Source of the DNA: a virus
DNA length: 64,000 nucleotides
Virus record (IMG/VR): IMGVR_UViG_3300032236_000679
Coordinates: 1 to 64,000 of that record
Strand: one strand, 5' to 3'
Shown: positions 17,704 through 28,700 of the stretch, piece by piece
Layout of the letters: the number at the start of each line of letters is the position of its first letter
Position numbering within the stretch: the first letter of the stretch is position 1
Position numbers and translations under genes: made by a program
Notes under the pieces: generated by a model
What the model was told of the DNA's origin: nothing
Seen by the model: only the letters and a program-made list of their open reading frames with translations
The model's database searches: none

Positions 17704-18993
17704 ATGCCCAGAATTAGTTTATGGAAAGAAAATCGTGGAAACGATTATAAGTTTTTTGATAATCGAATCAGAGAAATGTTTACTGCTGGCGGTGTTGGTA
17801 TTTACATTCATAAAATAGTTGGGCTAGATCCAAATAGCGGCAAGCCAGGAGATGCTACCCAACCAACATACATTAATCAAAGCGAGCAAAATATACAAGA
17901 CTTGCTATTCTTAGAAAATAGAGATCGCAAGTATGAACCAGACATTTATAAACTACGCGGACACTATACACTAACCGATAACGATTTTAATCTCAGTCAA
18001 TTTGGTATGTTTCTAAATAACGATACGCTGTTTATTACGTTTCATATTAACGATATGATAGAGCGTATTGGACGTAAACTTATACCAGGCGATGTATTAG
18101 AAATGCCAAACATGAAAGATTTTTGGCCACTCGGTGATGATGTTCCTGCAAGTCTAAAAAAATTCTATGTTGTAAATGAAATACTAAGAGCCGCAGAAGG
18201 CTATAGTCAAACATGGTGGCCTCATCTTTATCGAGTTAAAGTTCTACCAATGGTAGACAGCCAAGAATTTAAAGATATATTAACACAAGCAGCAACCGAT
18301 GATGGCAGCAGTGATTTGACATTAAGAGATATTATGAGTCCATATCTAAAGAATTTAGCAGTTAATGATGCTCTTATTGCACAAGCAGAATCTGATGTTC
18401 CATTAAGCGGGTATGACACAACAAAACTGTTCGTGTTACCAGTTTGGCCAAATGGTGTAAGCCAACAGAACTTTTTTACAACAAATGGAAACATTAGTTC
18501 CTGGGATACCAATCCTAACTCGTTCCCAGTAGTGTCAAACTTTAATGCTGAACCTAATTTAAATGCAAGTTCGATAACAAGTAATACATTTCCATTATCA
18601 GGTAATATCTCGCCTGCTGCATCACCAATGTTAATGAGTGTATCACCTACAGAAGTTGTAACTCCACAACATAATGTTACAACTTACTTGCTAGGACCAA
18701 AAGATGCACCTAACGGGTTTAATGTTAGAAGTTTAACTTACTTTCCTGACAGTCCCAATGTTGGTGAATTCGTACTGAGAACTGATTATTTGCCTAATGT
18801 GCTTTTCCGTTGGAGCGGCTCAAAATGGACAGTTGTTAACGAAGTAAGACGTGCGCCATTAACTGGTAACAGTAATCAAACTCAACTGGGTACATTTGTT
18901 AATAACAGTCAAAAAACAAGACTAAGTAGTGGGCAAATTATAGATCAAAAGCAAGCGTTAAGCAAAATATTTTCACCAAAAAGTGATTTTTAA
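17704..18993 (+). CDS. Probable neck / head-completion protein (T4 gp14-like) with C-terminal extension
   Basis: LSQFG.FL...LFITFH...IGRK..PGDVLE.P pattern; lies upstream of the gp15-like gene. Confidence 0.55.
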   Translation: MPRISLWKENRGNDYKFFDNRIREMFTAGGVGIYIHKIVGLDPNSGKPGDATQPTYINQSEQNIQDLLFLENRDRKYEPDIYKLRGHYTLTDNDFNLSQFGMFLNNDTLFITFHINDMIERIGRKLIPGDVLEMPNMKDFWPLGDDVPASLKKFYVVNEILRAAEGYSQTWWPHLYRVKVLPMVDSQEFKDILTQAATDDGSSDLTLRDIMSPYLKNLAVNDALIAQAESDVPLSGYDTTKLFVLPVWPNGVSQQNFFTTNGNISSWDTNPNSFPVVSNFNAEPNLNASSITSNTFPLSGNISPAASPMLMSVSPTEVVTPQHNVTTYLLGPKDAPNGFNVRSLTYFPDSPNVGEFVLRTDYLPNVLFRWSGSKWTVVNEVRRAPLTGNSNQTQLGTFVNNSQKTRLSSGQIIDQKQALSKIFSPKSDF

Positions 18994-19001
18994 GGATACC
19001 C

Positions 19002-20429
19002 ATGTCAGACTTTTTTTATGATTCACAGATACGTAGATTCGTATTACAATTTATAAGATATTTTAGTGACTATAAAGTAGAGTACGGTCGTGATGAAAAT
19101 GGAAATATGATTTATCTAACTGTACCTGTTCGTTATGCAGATACCAACCGTGCAGTAGGTGCGTTGTTTAAGAACAGTGAAAACTCAATGTCCAATGTGC
19201 CTATGATGGCAGTATACATAGACAGTTTAAAGTATCATCAAGAAAGAATTCAAGACCCTACATTCTTAGAAAAGAAAGTTGTAAGAGAACGTGCTATAGA
19301 TCCACTAACAGGTCAATTACAAACTTATCAAAAAAATGTAGTCACTATTGAACGTACTATGCCAGTGCCTTATTTGCTAGGTCTTAAGGTAGATATCTAT
19401 ACTAGTAATATCGAACAAAAATTGCAATTACTAGAACAAATTGCCCCATGGTATAATCCCAGTAGAGAAATACAAAGTACAGATAATTATTTAGATTGGA
19501 CTAGTTTAACTTATGTAACATTAACAGATGTGAACTTTACCAGTAGAGCGATTCCTATTGGTACAGAAGACATGATTGATGTTGCAACATTGACTTTTGA
19601 ACTTCATATGTATATTACTGCGCCTGCTAAAGTTAAAAAACTTAATGCAGTTGCAAGCGTTGTTAGTACATTGTATGGCCCAACTGGTGATCTTGCTCAA
19701 GGCATTCAAGATCAAATAAATCAACTTGGTACCAGACAATGGTTTACCCCAAGTGGTTATGATGCTATTGTTTATGGAACACAAGGAAATGGGCCCGGTT
19801 CTTCAGAGCAATATCAAATTGTTCTAAGTAAACTTGCTAAAAATACAAATGCATTAGATTTACCAAGTCCTATAAGCGAGCCTGTTCCTTGGAGAGGCAT
19901 CATAAATTACATTGGTGAAATCAGTAATGGCATTAGTCTAATGGCTTTTGTTAATGAAAATAACGGCAATACAGTAGTCGGAACAATCAGTTATCATCCA
20001 ACTGATCCCAATATATTATTGTTTGATTTAGATCCTGCAACAGTTCCAAGTAATACATTAGCACCGCTGACAAATATTATTAATCCTACTAAGGTTGGAC
20101 CAGGAAGAGGATTACCAACGGCAGCAGGTGGACAAAGATACCTTATTATTAATTCAAATATAGGTAATCCAAATAATGCTCCGGATAATAATCCATCAGC
20201 ATGGCGTAATGCAGATAATTCTCCAGTGTATGCACTTGAAAATGATATAATAGAGTATAATGCTAATACAGGAACATGGGATGTTGTATTTTCAGCAGCC
20301 AATACTTCTACAAACGTAGAGTATGTTACAAACAGTTATAGTGGAATTCAATTCAAATGGGTAGACGGTATATGGCAAAAAAGTTGGGAGGGGCTGTACA
20401 AAGAAGGACTATGGCTTCTGGTAATTTAA
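19002..20429 (+). CDS. Tail sheath stabiliser / tail completion protein (T4 gp15-like), extended
   Basis: FFYD.QIRRF...F...F, VPVRY, PVPY.L...IY....QLLEQI.PWY.P motifs. Confidence 0.75.
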   Translation: MSDFFYDSQIRRFVLQFIRYFSDYKVEYGRDENGNMIYLTVPVRYADTNRAVGALFKNSENSMSNVPMMAVYIDSLKYHQERIQDPTFLEKKVVRERAIDPLTGQLQTYQKNVVTIERTMPVPYLLGLKVDIYTSNIEQKLQLLEQIAPWYNPSREIQSTDNYLDWTSLTYVTLTDVNFTSRAIPIGTEDMIDVATLTFELHMYITAPAKVKKLNAVASVVSTLYGPTGDLAQGIQDQINQLGTRQWFTPSGYDAIVYGTQGNGPGSSEQYQIVLSKLAKNTNALDLPSPISEPVPWRGIINYIGEISNGISLMAFVNENNGNTVVGTISYHPTDPNILLFDLDPATVPSNTLAPLTNIINPTKVGPGRGLPTAAGGQRYLIINSNIGNPNNAPDNNPSAWRNADNSPVYALENDIIEYNANTGTWDVVFSAANTSTNVEYVTNSYSGIQFKWVDGIWQKSWEGLYKEGLWLLVI

Positions 20430-20860
20430 AATTGTTTAAAGCATGTGGCGCTTTATTATTAGCAAACAAAACAAAGAGATTGTTATTCCTCTTAAGGGAT
20501 AACGATACTCATAGTGATACATGGGGACTAGTAGGCGGCAAAGTTGAAGATAATGAAACTGTTATGCAAGCACTAGAAAGAGAAATCATTGAAGAAGTTG
20601 GTAGAAAAATTTTAATTAAAAAAACTATCCCACTTGAATTATTCAATAGTGAAGATGGAAATTTTGAATATCACACGTTTGTTTGTTTAATAGACGAAGA
20701 ATTTATTCCTAATCTCAGTGATGAACATAAAGGATATTGCTGGTGCGATGTGCAAAGTTTTCCAAAGCCATTACACCCTGGTTTGTGGAGCAGTTTAAAT
20801 AATTTTGAAATTCAAAAGAAATTGCATACCGTTAAAGATATATTAGAAATCACCTGCTAA
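20411..20860 (+). CDS. NUDIX hydrolase
   Basis: WGLVGGKVEDNETVMQALEREIIEEVG Nudix box; likely ATG at 20411. Confidence 0.9.
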   Translation: MASGNLKLFKACGALLLANKTKRLLFLLRDNDTHSDTWGLVGGKVEDNETVMQALEREIIEEVGRKILIKKTIPLELFNSEDGNFEYHTFVCLIDEEFIPNLSDEHKGYCWCDVQSFPKPLHPGLWSSLNNFEIQKKLHTVKDILEITC

Positions 20861-21559
20861 TACTGCTTGTCTTTTTGTTACATTATGGAAATTTCGCAAA
20901 GAATTCCAACTAGCAGGAGGTTCAGCACCATCCATTTGAACTCTATAAAAATCAACATTCTTATAAGTTTCCATAACATTAAACAAATACTGCTGAGATA
21001 GTTCTACGTTGGCTTGTGTATTTTCTTTAGTATAAGGATCTCTGCCGTCATAAACTGTACGCCAACCTGTTCCAAAATCTCCATCAAAACCAAAAAGAAA
21101 TACTTTTTTATGTCCATCAAAACAAGCAAGATAAGCAGCAGTTGCTCCACTATCAAAATAATTGATATAAGGAATTAAATTGCACTTATCTTTATATTTT
21201 GGAAAAATATCATTAGGTAGATAAATTTGACTGAATCTATTTGTTGGTGCCATTGACATGAAAGTTTCTTGCTTCAAAATATAATAATCATAGTTTTCTT
21301 CATCTTCAACTGCACGATTGCAAGCATATACTAATTTGTAACCATCAGGAAGTTTTCTAGAATTAATTTTTAAAAGTAGTTTTATATCAGCATAATTTCT
21401 AGTCAATCCATTACCTAGTACAATTGCACTAGTAGGATTTGTTTTGGCAAACACATTTTCATGTGGTTCTATAAATTGAGACACAGTCTTTTTATCAATA
21501 ATATAATTGATATTTTCTCCAATATAATCTTTTCTATAAACCGGGACAGTTAATGACAT
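20843..21559 (-). CDS. Maf/MptE-like (DUF115) Rossmann protein, possible glycosyl- or pyrophosphotransferase
   Basis: AIVLGNG..R, YACN, DSG..A..LA...G.KKVFLFGFD motifs. Confidence 0.55.
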   Translation of the reverse strand: MSLTVPVYRKDYIGENINYIIDKKTVSQFIEPHENVFAKTNPTSAIVLGNGLTRNYADIKLLLKINSRKLPDGYKLVYACNRAVEDEENYDYYILKQETFMSMAPTNRFSQIYLPNDIFPKYKDKCNLIPYINYFDSGATAAYLACFDGHKKVFLFGFDGDFGTGWRTVYDGRDPYTKENTQANVELSQQYLFNVMETYKNVDFYRVQMDGAEPPASWNSLRNFHNVTKRQAVLAGDF

Positions 21560-24500
21560 TACAATCTTCCAACTACTACTTCAATAGTTTTAATTTCATT
21601 TGTTGTTATCTCTTCTAGACTTTTACCAATTATACATCCAGGTGTATATAGAGATTTATCTAATGCTTGTGCCACTCCATCAATATTACTCGAAACAATC
21701 ATTTGACCTTTATATATCGGCCCCAATACCCTACATGGGACACGCCCTAGTAGTGCAACTGGATACCCATCAGATTCACTATTCATTAAGTATGCAGGGT
21801 TAGTTGAAATAACGCCAGCAATTCTATCATTATGTGTTGTTGTAGTGGTTGTAATTTCATTGATTCCGCCAAATATAACAACATCACCTGGATTTAATTC
21901 GCAATCAGCAGTGTATTTTTCTGCAACGTCAGCATATTGTGCAGTTGTTGCTTTAGCAAATACAGTATTGAAAGTAGCACCCGTAGCACCAATGTTACCA
22001 ACACCAGATGTACCGCCATTAGCAATAGCAGTAACACCGCTTGTACTATTAACAGTTGCAGTGCCAGTAGTTGTTAAAGTTGTAAATGCACCAGTGTTAG
22101 CAGTATTAGCACCAATTGCACCAGTATGATAGCCAGTTATCTGTCCAGCACTTGTAGTTGTTACTGAAGTGAACACACCAGTATTTGGAGTAGTAGAACC
22201 AACTGTTCCGTTGAATGGGCCATTAAGAGGTCCGTTAAAAGTTCCTGTAAAAGTAGCACCTGTATTACCAATATTCAATGCATTAACTGTGGCAGCAGTT
22301 ATAGTACCAGCAACAGTACCACTTGTTCCAGTTATTACAGTAGTTGAGTTACCTATTGCTGTAGCATTGACTGTGGCAGCAGTAACTATACTAACAAAGT
22401 TTACGGTACCTGTACTAGTTGCTACAGTTTGATAGTTGGTGTTTGAAACACCAAAAGTTATAGGTGTTGTTCCGCCGCCTGAATTATTAAAATAGAAAAA
22501 GCCACTTGAATTATCTATATACATAGTGCCATTGCTATCCCAGCCAATGCCACCTCTTACTGCACCATTTTGTGCTGCACCTAAAGTAACAAAAGTATTG
22601 GAAGCCATATCTAATCGTAACGCTGGACGAGTGTAATTACTATTTTGAACGGTACTATTAAATGTTGCCGATCCGTTTGCTGTTAAGTTGCCAGTAGTTG
22701 TTAAGGTAGTAAATGCACCGGTGTTAGCAGTAGTTGCACCAACTGTTCCATTAAATGGACCATTAAGAGGTCCATTGTGAGTACCAGTTAAAGTTGCACC
22801 TGTATTGCCAATATTCAATGCATTGATAGTTGCAGCAGTTAATGTATTAAATGCTGAACCACTTCCACTACTAAACGAAACACCGTTAGCCCAAAATACA
22901 CCTCCAGTGGTAATCAAATTTCCTACATTTGCTGTGCTTGTAGTTGTTAATGTTGTGAATGCACCGGTGTTAGCAGTATTAGCCCCAATTGGACCTGTTA
23001 TATAACCTATTACTTGCCCTGCATTTGTGGTGGTTATGTTACCAGAAACTAAAGCAGGCACATTTATATTAAAAGTGCTTGTGTTTGAATTTCCATAAAC
23101 TGCCCAAATTGCTCGTTGAGCACCAGAAGCATTAGTAGAATATAAAACAAGATTATCATCGTTTTGCTGTATAAGAGTTACAACATTACCATTTGTTGTT
23201 GTAAACTTCAATGCTTTGTTATTTGTAGATAATGTAATATCGCTAGTTGCTGTAATAGTTGTGAATGCACCGGTGTTAGGAGTTGTTGCACCAACTGTGC
23301 CATTAAATGGTCCGTTTAATGGACCATTAAAAGTTCCTGTAAAAGTAGCACCTGTATTACCGATATTCAATGCATTAACTGTTGCAGCAGTTAAAGTACC
23401 GGCAATAGTACCACTTGTTCCAGTTAGTGCTGTTGCTGAATTACCTATTGTAGTTGCTTGTAAAGTTGCTGCTGTTATTGTTCCCGCTACTGCGAGACTT
23501 GTTCCACTTAGTGCTGTTGTACTATTGCCTATTGTAGTTGCTTGTAAAGTTGCTGCGGTTAGTGTACCAGCAATAGTACCACTTGTGCCAGTTAATACAG
23601 AATTTGAATTGCCAATAGCAGTAGCATTGACAGTAGCGGCATTTATTGTTCCGATAAAATTAGCAACACTGGTAGCAATTGTTGCAGCATTAGAGCCTTG
23701 AACTTGGAATACATGTCCATTTGCTGCTGTATAAGTTAAGTTCATTACTGCCGATGCGTTATTATTATTACCACCTGAATAGATGGAACTTCTTAATACG
23801 GTATCATTACCTAATGTCCTAAACCAATTGATATTACCTTGAATATCACCGCTTGTCACAACAATATTGCTTGTTTTAAAAAATGAAATATTTGGCGTAG
23901 ATGTTGAAGAGGAAGCAGTATGTTCAAGTTTAATATTAACATTTGCATTTTGATCGCCAACAATATGCAACGGACTTAATGGTGTAGTTGTACCAATACC
24001 AATATTTGCACCAGAAGTAACTATATTTCCGGTTGCTGTTAATGTTGTAAATGCACCTGTATTAGGAGTAGTTGCTCCAACTGTTCCGTTGATAGGTCCG
24101 CTTGCTGCGCCTTGATAACCACTAGTTGCTGTCAGTGTAGTAAACACGCCTGTGTTCGCAGTGTTGGCACCAATTGGACCTGTATGATAACCAGTTACTT
24201 GCCCACCATATAATGTTGTATAACTATTAGCAGTACTTGCTCCACTTATAGTTAACGATGTGAATGCGCCAGTATTAGCAGTATTAGCACCAATTGGTCC
24301 TGTATGGTATCCAGTTACTTGACCGCCACTTGTAGTTGTTACTGAAGTAGCAACTACGGAGTTGGGAGTAGTTGCACCTAGTGTACCATTATGTGCTCCA
24401 CTAGTTGCACCTTGGTATCCGCTTGTAGCAGTTAATGTTGTAAACACACCTGTATTGGGAGTAGTTGCTCCAACTGTTCCGTTTAATGGACCACTTGCTG

Positions 24501-25710
24501 CGCCTTGATACCCACTAGTTGCTGTTAGTGTTGTGAATACACCAGTGTTAGCGGTATTAGCACCCACTGGGCCATTAACATAACCAATAATTTGGCCACC
24601 AGCAACTGTTGTCAATGTGCTAAAAATTCCAGTATTAGCAGCATTAGCACCCACTGGACCATTAATATATCCAATAACTTGACCACCACTTGTTGTAGTT
24701 ATTGAAGTGGCAATTACTGTGTTTGGTGTTGTTGCACCAACTGTTCCATTGAATGGACCATTAAGAGGTCCGTTATGTGTACCTGTTATAGTTGCGCCTG
24801 TATTACCAATAGTCAATGCATTGATAGTTGCAGCAGTTAAAGTCCCTGCAAAATTTGCAGTTCCTGTCGCAGTTACAGTAGTAAATGCACCAGTATTTGC
24901 TGTATTAGCACCAATTGGGCCAGTTATGTATCCAGATACTTGACCGCCATTTAAAGTTGTAATTAAGTTAGCAGTAAAATTACCATTATAAATTGGAAGA
25001 TAACTTGCAACATTTGCATTACTGTAGGGTGGATTTACAACTAGATAACTTGCAACATTTGCATTACTGTATGTTCCTGTGGGAGGATTTGCAACCAAGT
25101 AACTTGCAACATTTGCATTGCTATATGGAGGATTTACAACTAGATAACTTGCAACATTTGCATTGCTATACGGAGGATTAGCAAACAAATAACTTGCAAC
25201 ATTTGCATTACTATAGGGTGGGTTTACAACTAGATAACTTGCAACATTTGCGTTGCTATAAGGCGGATTTGCAAGTAGATACCCAGCAACATTTGCATTA
25301 CTATAAGAAACAGGAATGTTTAATGTTGATGTTATTGCTGTTGTTAAATTAGAAAAATTTATGTTTGTTGTGTCTAAGTTAACAGAACCTAATCCGCCCG
25401 AAATATAATAATAAATGTTACCGCTTATTGATCCTTGTTCAACAAAAACTAGTGCGCCCGAACTTACAGCAGCATTTGTCGCAAAATCACTACGTCGAAC
25501 CCAAGTTCCATTAGATCCTGTGCCTAAAGTTGCAACACGATAAATTCCGTTTTGAGCAGGATTTGCTTGGCTTCTAACTAAAACACTGTCGTTCAATGAT
25601 AAACTGATGTCATCTACAGTATTTGGCGCACCACCAGACAATGTTACATCAGCAGTAGTTGCTGCTTTGACACTATCTTTATAATCTGTGACAACCCTAG
25701 TTAAACCCAT
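21559..25710 (-). CDS. Large repeat-rich virion fibre protein with probable C-terminal chaperone domain
   Basis: T/G/N/A-rich repeats; C-terminal YADVAEKY...PGDVV...VALLGRVPC.V.G.I.KG...IIGKSLE. Confidence 0.7.
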   Translation of the reverse strand: MGLTRVVTDYKDSVKAATTADVTLSGGAPNTVDDISLSLNDSVLVRSQANPAQNGIYRVATLGTGSNGTWVRRSDFATNAAVSSGALVFVEQGSISGNIYYYISGGLGSVNLDTTNINFSNLTTAITSTLNIPVSYSNANVAGYLLANPPYSNANVASYLVVNPPYSNANVASYLFANPPYSNANVASYLVVNPPYSNANVASYLVANPPTGTYSNANVASYLVVNPPYSNANVASYLPIYNGNFTANLITTLNGGQVSGYITGPIGANTANTGAFTTVTATGTANFAGTLTAATINALTIGNTGATITGTHNGPLNGPFNGTVGATTPNTVIATSITTTSGGQVIGYINGPVGANAANTGIFSTLTTVAGGQIIGYVNGPVGANTANTGVFTTLTATSGYQGAASGPLNGTVGATTPNTGVFTTLTATSGYQGATSGAHNGTLGATTPNSVVATSVTTTSGGQVTGYHTGPIGANTANTGAFTSLTISGASTANSYTTLYGGQVTGYHTGPIGANTANTGVFTTLTATSGYQGAASGPINGTVGATTPNTGAFTTLTATGNIVTSGANIGIGTTTPLSPLHIVGDQNANVNIKLEHTASSSTSTPNISFFKTSNIVVTSGDIQGNINWFRTLGNDTVLRSSIYSGGNNNNASAVMNLTYTAANGHVFQVQGSNAATIATSVANFIGTINAATVNATAIGNSNSVLTGTSGTIAGTLTAATLQATTIGNSTTALSGTSLAVAGTITAATLQATTIGNSATALTGTSGTIAGTLTAATVNALNIGNTGATFTGTFNGPLNGPFNGTVGATTPNTGAFTTITATSDITLSTNNKALKFTTTNGNVVTLIQQNDDNLVLYSTNASGAQRAIWAVYGNSNTSTFNINVPALVSGNITTTNAGQVIGYITGPIGANTANTGAFTTLTTTSTANVGNLITTGGVFWANGVSFSSGSGSAFNTLTAATINALNIGNTGATLTGTHNGPLNGPFNGTVGATTANTGAFTTLTTTGNLTANGSATFNSTVQNSNYTRPALRLDMASNTFVTLGAAQNGAVRGGIGWDSNGTMYIDNSSGFFYFNNSGGGTTPITFGVSNTNYQTVATSTGTVNFVSIVTAATVNATAIGNSTTVITGTSGTVAGTITAATVNALNIGNTGATFTGTFNGPLNGPFNGTVGSTTPNTGVFTSVTTTSAGQITGYHTGAIGANTANTGAFTTLTTTGTATVNSTSGVTAIANGGTSGVGNIGATGATFNTVFAKATTAQYADVAEKYTADCELNPGDVVIFGGINEITTTTTTHNDRIAGVISTNPAYLMNSESDGYPVALLGRVPCRVLGPIYKGQMIVSSNIDGVAQALDKSLYTPGCIIGKSLEEITTNEIKTIEVVVGRL
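24997..25305 (-). repeat. About 7 tandem 45-nt (15-aa) repeats PPYSNANVASYL(V/F)(V/A)N
   Basis: Visible in the translation and as recurring GATAACTTGCAACATTTGCATT; boundaries approximate. Confidence 0.9.
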
Positions 25711-25743
25711 AACTTTTCCTTACTATATATTTAACCACTATTA

Positions 25744-28700
25744 TTATGCTATTTTTATACCAAACACTATCCAATTATATCCATCACTCCAAACATCCCA
25801 ATATTGAGTTGTTGCTTGTGCTAGTATTTTAGTGCTTGCAGAACTTCCGCTTGGTCCATAAAATGCGCCTGTAGGAGTACTTAATGTGATATTCTGTGCA
25901 GTATTTTGCCAAATTCTATAACCAATACCTAAACTATTAGCCAAAGTTGGATCTGGCAATGTTACAGTGTAAGGACTTGCACCAGTAAATTCTATGAATC
26001 CACTTGCGTCTGCTGTTGTTAATGATGCAGTTGTTGAAATAATTCTTGCATTTTTACGAATGCCGCCTGTTACAGTTAAGTCACCTGATATATTAGAATT
26101 ATCTGTTGTGGTTAAGATTGTTCTTGCATCAATAATATCAGTTGATAAAGGTGCTTCAGTAAATGTTAAAGTGTATCCACTTACACTATAAGAAGTAATT
26201 GGTATCTGAACAACGCCATTAATCATTACCATTGTACCAGCAGTTGTGGTACTTTGACTTAATGTAAATACCGTAGTTACACCATCACCTGTAAATGAAT
26301 CTGTTGTTACTGTAGTAAATGCAGCATCACTAGTTGCCCACTTTGTACCATCCCAAAATTCTAAGAACTTAGTGCTAGTGTTGAAACGAACCATACCTGC
26401 AACTTCAGTACCAGATGATGGTCTAGATCCTGTTGATCCTGAAGGTATAATAATACTGTCAGATGCATTAATTGCAAAAGATGCATTTTGTGGAATCGCA
26501 CTGGGCGCATACTTAATACCAACACGTCCAGTAGAACCGTTAGTTGTTAATAAATTAGAATATCCAGCAGCAATATTACCTTGTACAACTAAATTAGATG
26601 CTGTGCCACTATTATTAATCCAAGCGTTGCTGGAAGATACCAACCCGTTATTAATTGTAGTATTTCCAGTTGCTGCACCAACAGAAATTGTTGTTGCACT
26701 ACCAGCAAAGTTTACTGTTGTTGCTGTTGTGTTGAATACAGTAGCAGTAGTTTGATCTGTTGTGATGTATCCATTGCCCTGTAAATTAATACCATTGCCA
26801 ACATTTACTGAACCACTAATACCTGTACCGCCTACAACTACTAACGATCCTGTAGTAGTATTAGTACTTGTTGTGCCACTATTGGCAACAATATTGCCGC
26901 TTGCTATAAATGTACTTGACGAAGTAAGTGTAGTGAATGCTCCAGTGTTAGCAGTATTGGCGCCAATTGGACCTGTATGATAACCAGTTACTTGCCCACC
27001 ATTAGTTGTTGTAACTGATGTGGCAACTACTGAGTTAGGAGTTGTTGCACCTAGTGTTCCATTAAGAGGTCCATTTGCTGCGCCTTGATATCCACTAGTT
27101 GCAGTTAATGTTGTAAACACACCAGTGTTAGGAGTAGTTGCTCCAATAGTTCCATTTAGAGGTCCTGTTACGGCGCCTTGATATCCACTAGTTGCAGTAA
27201 GAGTAGTAAACACACCAGTATTAGCAGTGTTAGCACCTACGGGACCTGTTAAGTATCCAGTTAACTGACCGCCATTGGTTGTAATAACAGAAGTAGCAAC
27301 TACTGTATTAGGAGTGTTAGCACCAAGTGGTCCTGTAATGTATCCAGTTATCTGCCCACCATTTGTAGTTGTCACACTAGTGAATACACCAGTGTTAGCA
27401 GTGTTAGCACCAATAGCACCTGTCAAATAACCAGTTAACTGACCACCATCAGTTGTAATAACAGAAGTAGCAACTATCGTGTTAGGCGTATTAGCGCCAA
27501 TTGGACCAGTATGATAACCAGTTAATTGTCCGCCATTAGTTGTAATAACTGATGTAGCAACTACTGAGTTAGGCGTATTAGCACCAATTGGACCAGTATG
27601 ATAACCAGTTAACTGCCCGCCATTAGTTGTAATAACTGATGTAGCAACTACTGAGTTAGGCGTATTAGCACCAATTGGACCAGTATGATAACCAGTTAAC
27701 TGCCCGCCATTTGTTGTAGTAACTGATGTGGCAACTACAGAGTTAGGTGTGTTAGCGCCAATTGGACCAGTCATGTAGCCTGTTATTTGACCACCATTAA
27801 TTGTTGTTACTGAAGTGAATCTCCCGGACGCTGCGGTTACATTTCCAATAACACCATTTATACCGCCACCAACAAATAAATTACCTTGTATACCAGCGCC
27901 GCCATCTAATCTCAATACACCAGTAGTAGTGCTAGTAGATGCAGTTGTATTTGCTAAACAAACTTCACCTGCTTTAATAGTACCATAACTTGTGCCATTA
28001 AAAACATTGGCAATATCAGTTCCACTATCATACCATTCTAAATAACCAGTATTATTAGCACGACCTAAGAATGCAGCGTTATCTGCTATATCAAAGTAGT
28101 GAAATTTAAAACCAATATCATATGTATCATTAAGTGTTAAAGGTGCTAAATTAGCGTAGGTATGCAAATCAACAATAGGATCAAGTACTGAAAAAGTATC
28201 CGCACCTAAAATAACACGGGAACCACGAACTAATAAATTACCTTCAACAGTTAAATTGCCGTTTATCCAAGTATCTTTAACAACCCCAAGCCCACCACTT
28301 AATACTACACTTGCAGAATTATAATTAGTTGCTTGTGTAGTATTAGTGAATGTAGTTAATCCGCTTGATGTTAAAGTAGTAAATGCAGCAGTATTAGCAG
28401 TATTAGCGCCAATAGAACCTGTAATGTATCCAGTTACTTGGCCACCGTTAGTTGTTGTTACGCTTGTGAATACACCAGTATTTGGCACGTTTGCACCAAT
28501 AGCACCAGTATGATAACCAATCATCTGATTAGTAACAGTAAGATTGCCTGTACCAGTTAATGTTGCAACTGGAGTAGTATTAGCGAACCACTTAAATGAT
28601 CTTGCTTCATCGTGTACACTATTCCAAAGAACACCCGATGTTAATCCAATTGCATAATCAACTCCACTACCATCAACGAGAGGCCATAATACAATTTTTG

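Noticed and set aside
24997-27780. Tandem repeats as a possible CRISPR array
   Set aside because: Repeats are in-frame multiples of 3 (45 and 87 nt), degenerate at wobble positions, lack unique spacers, and no cas genes are present.
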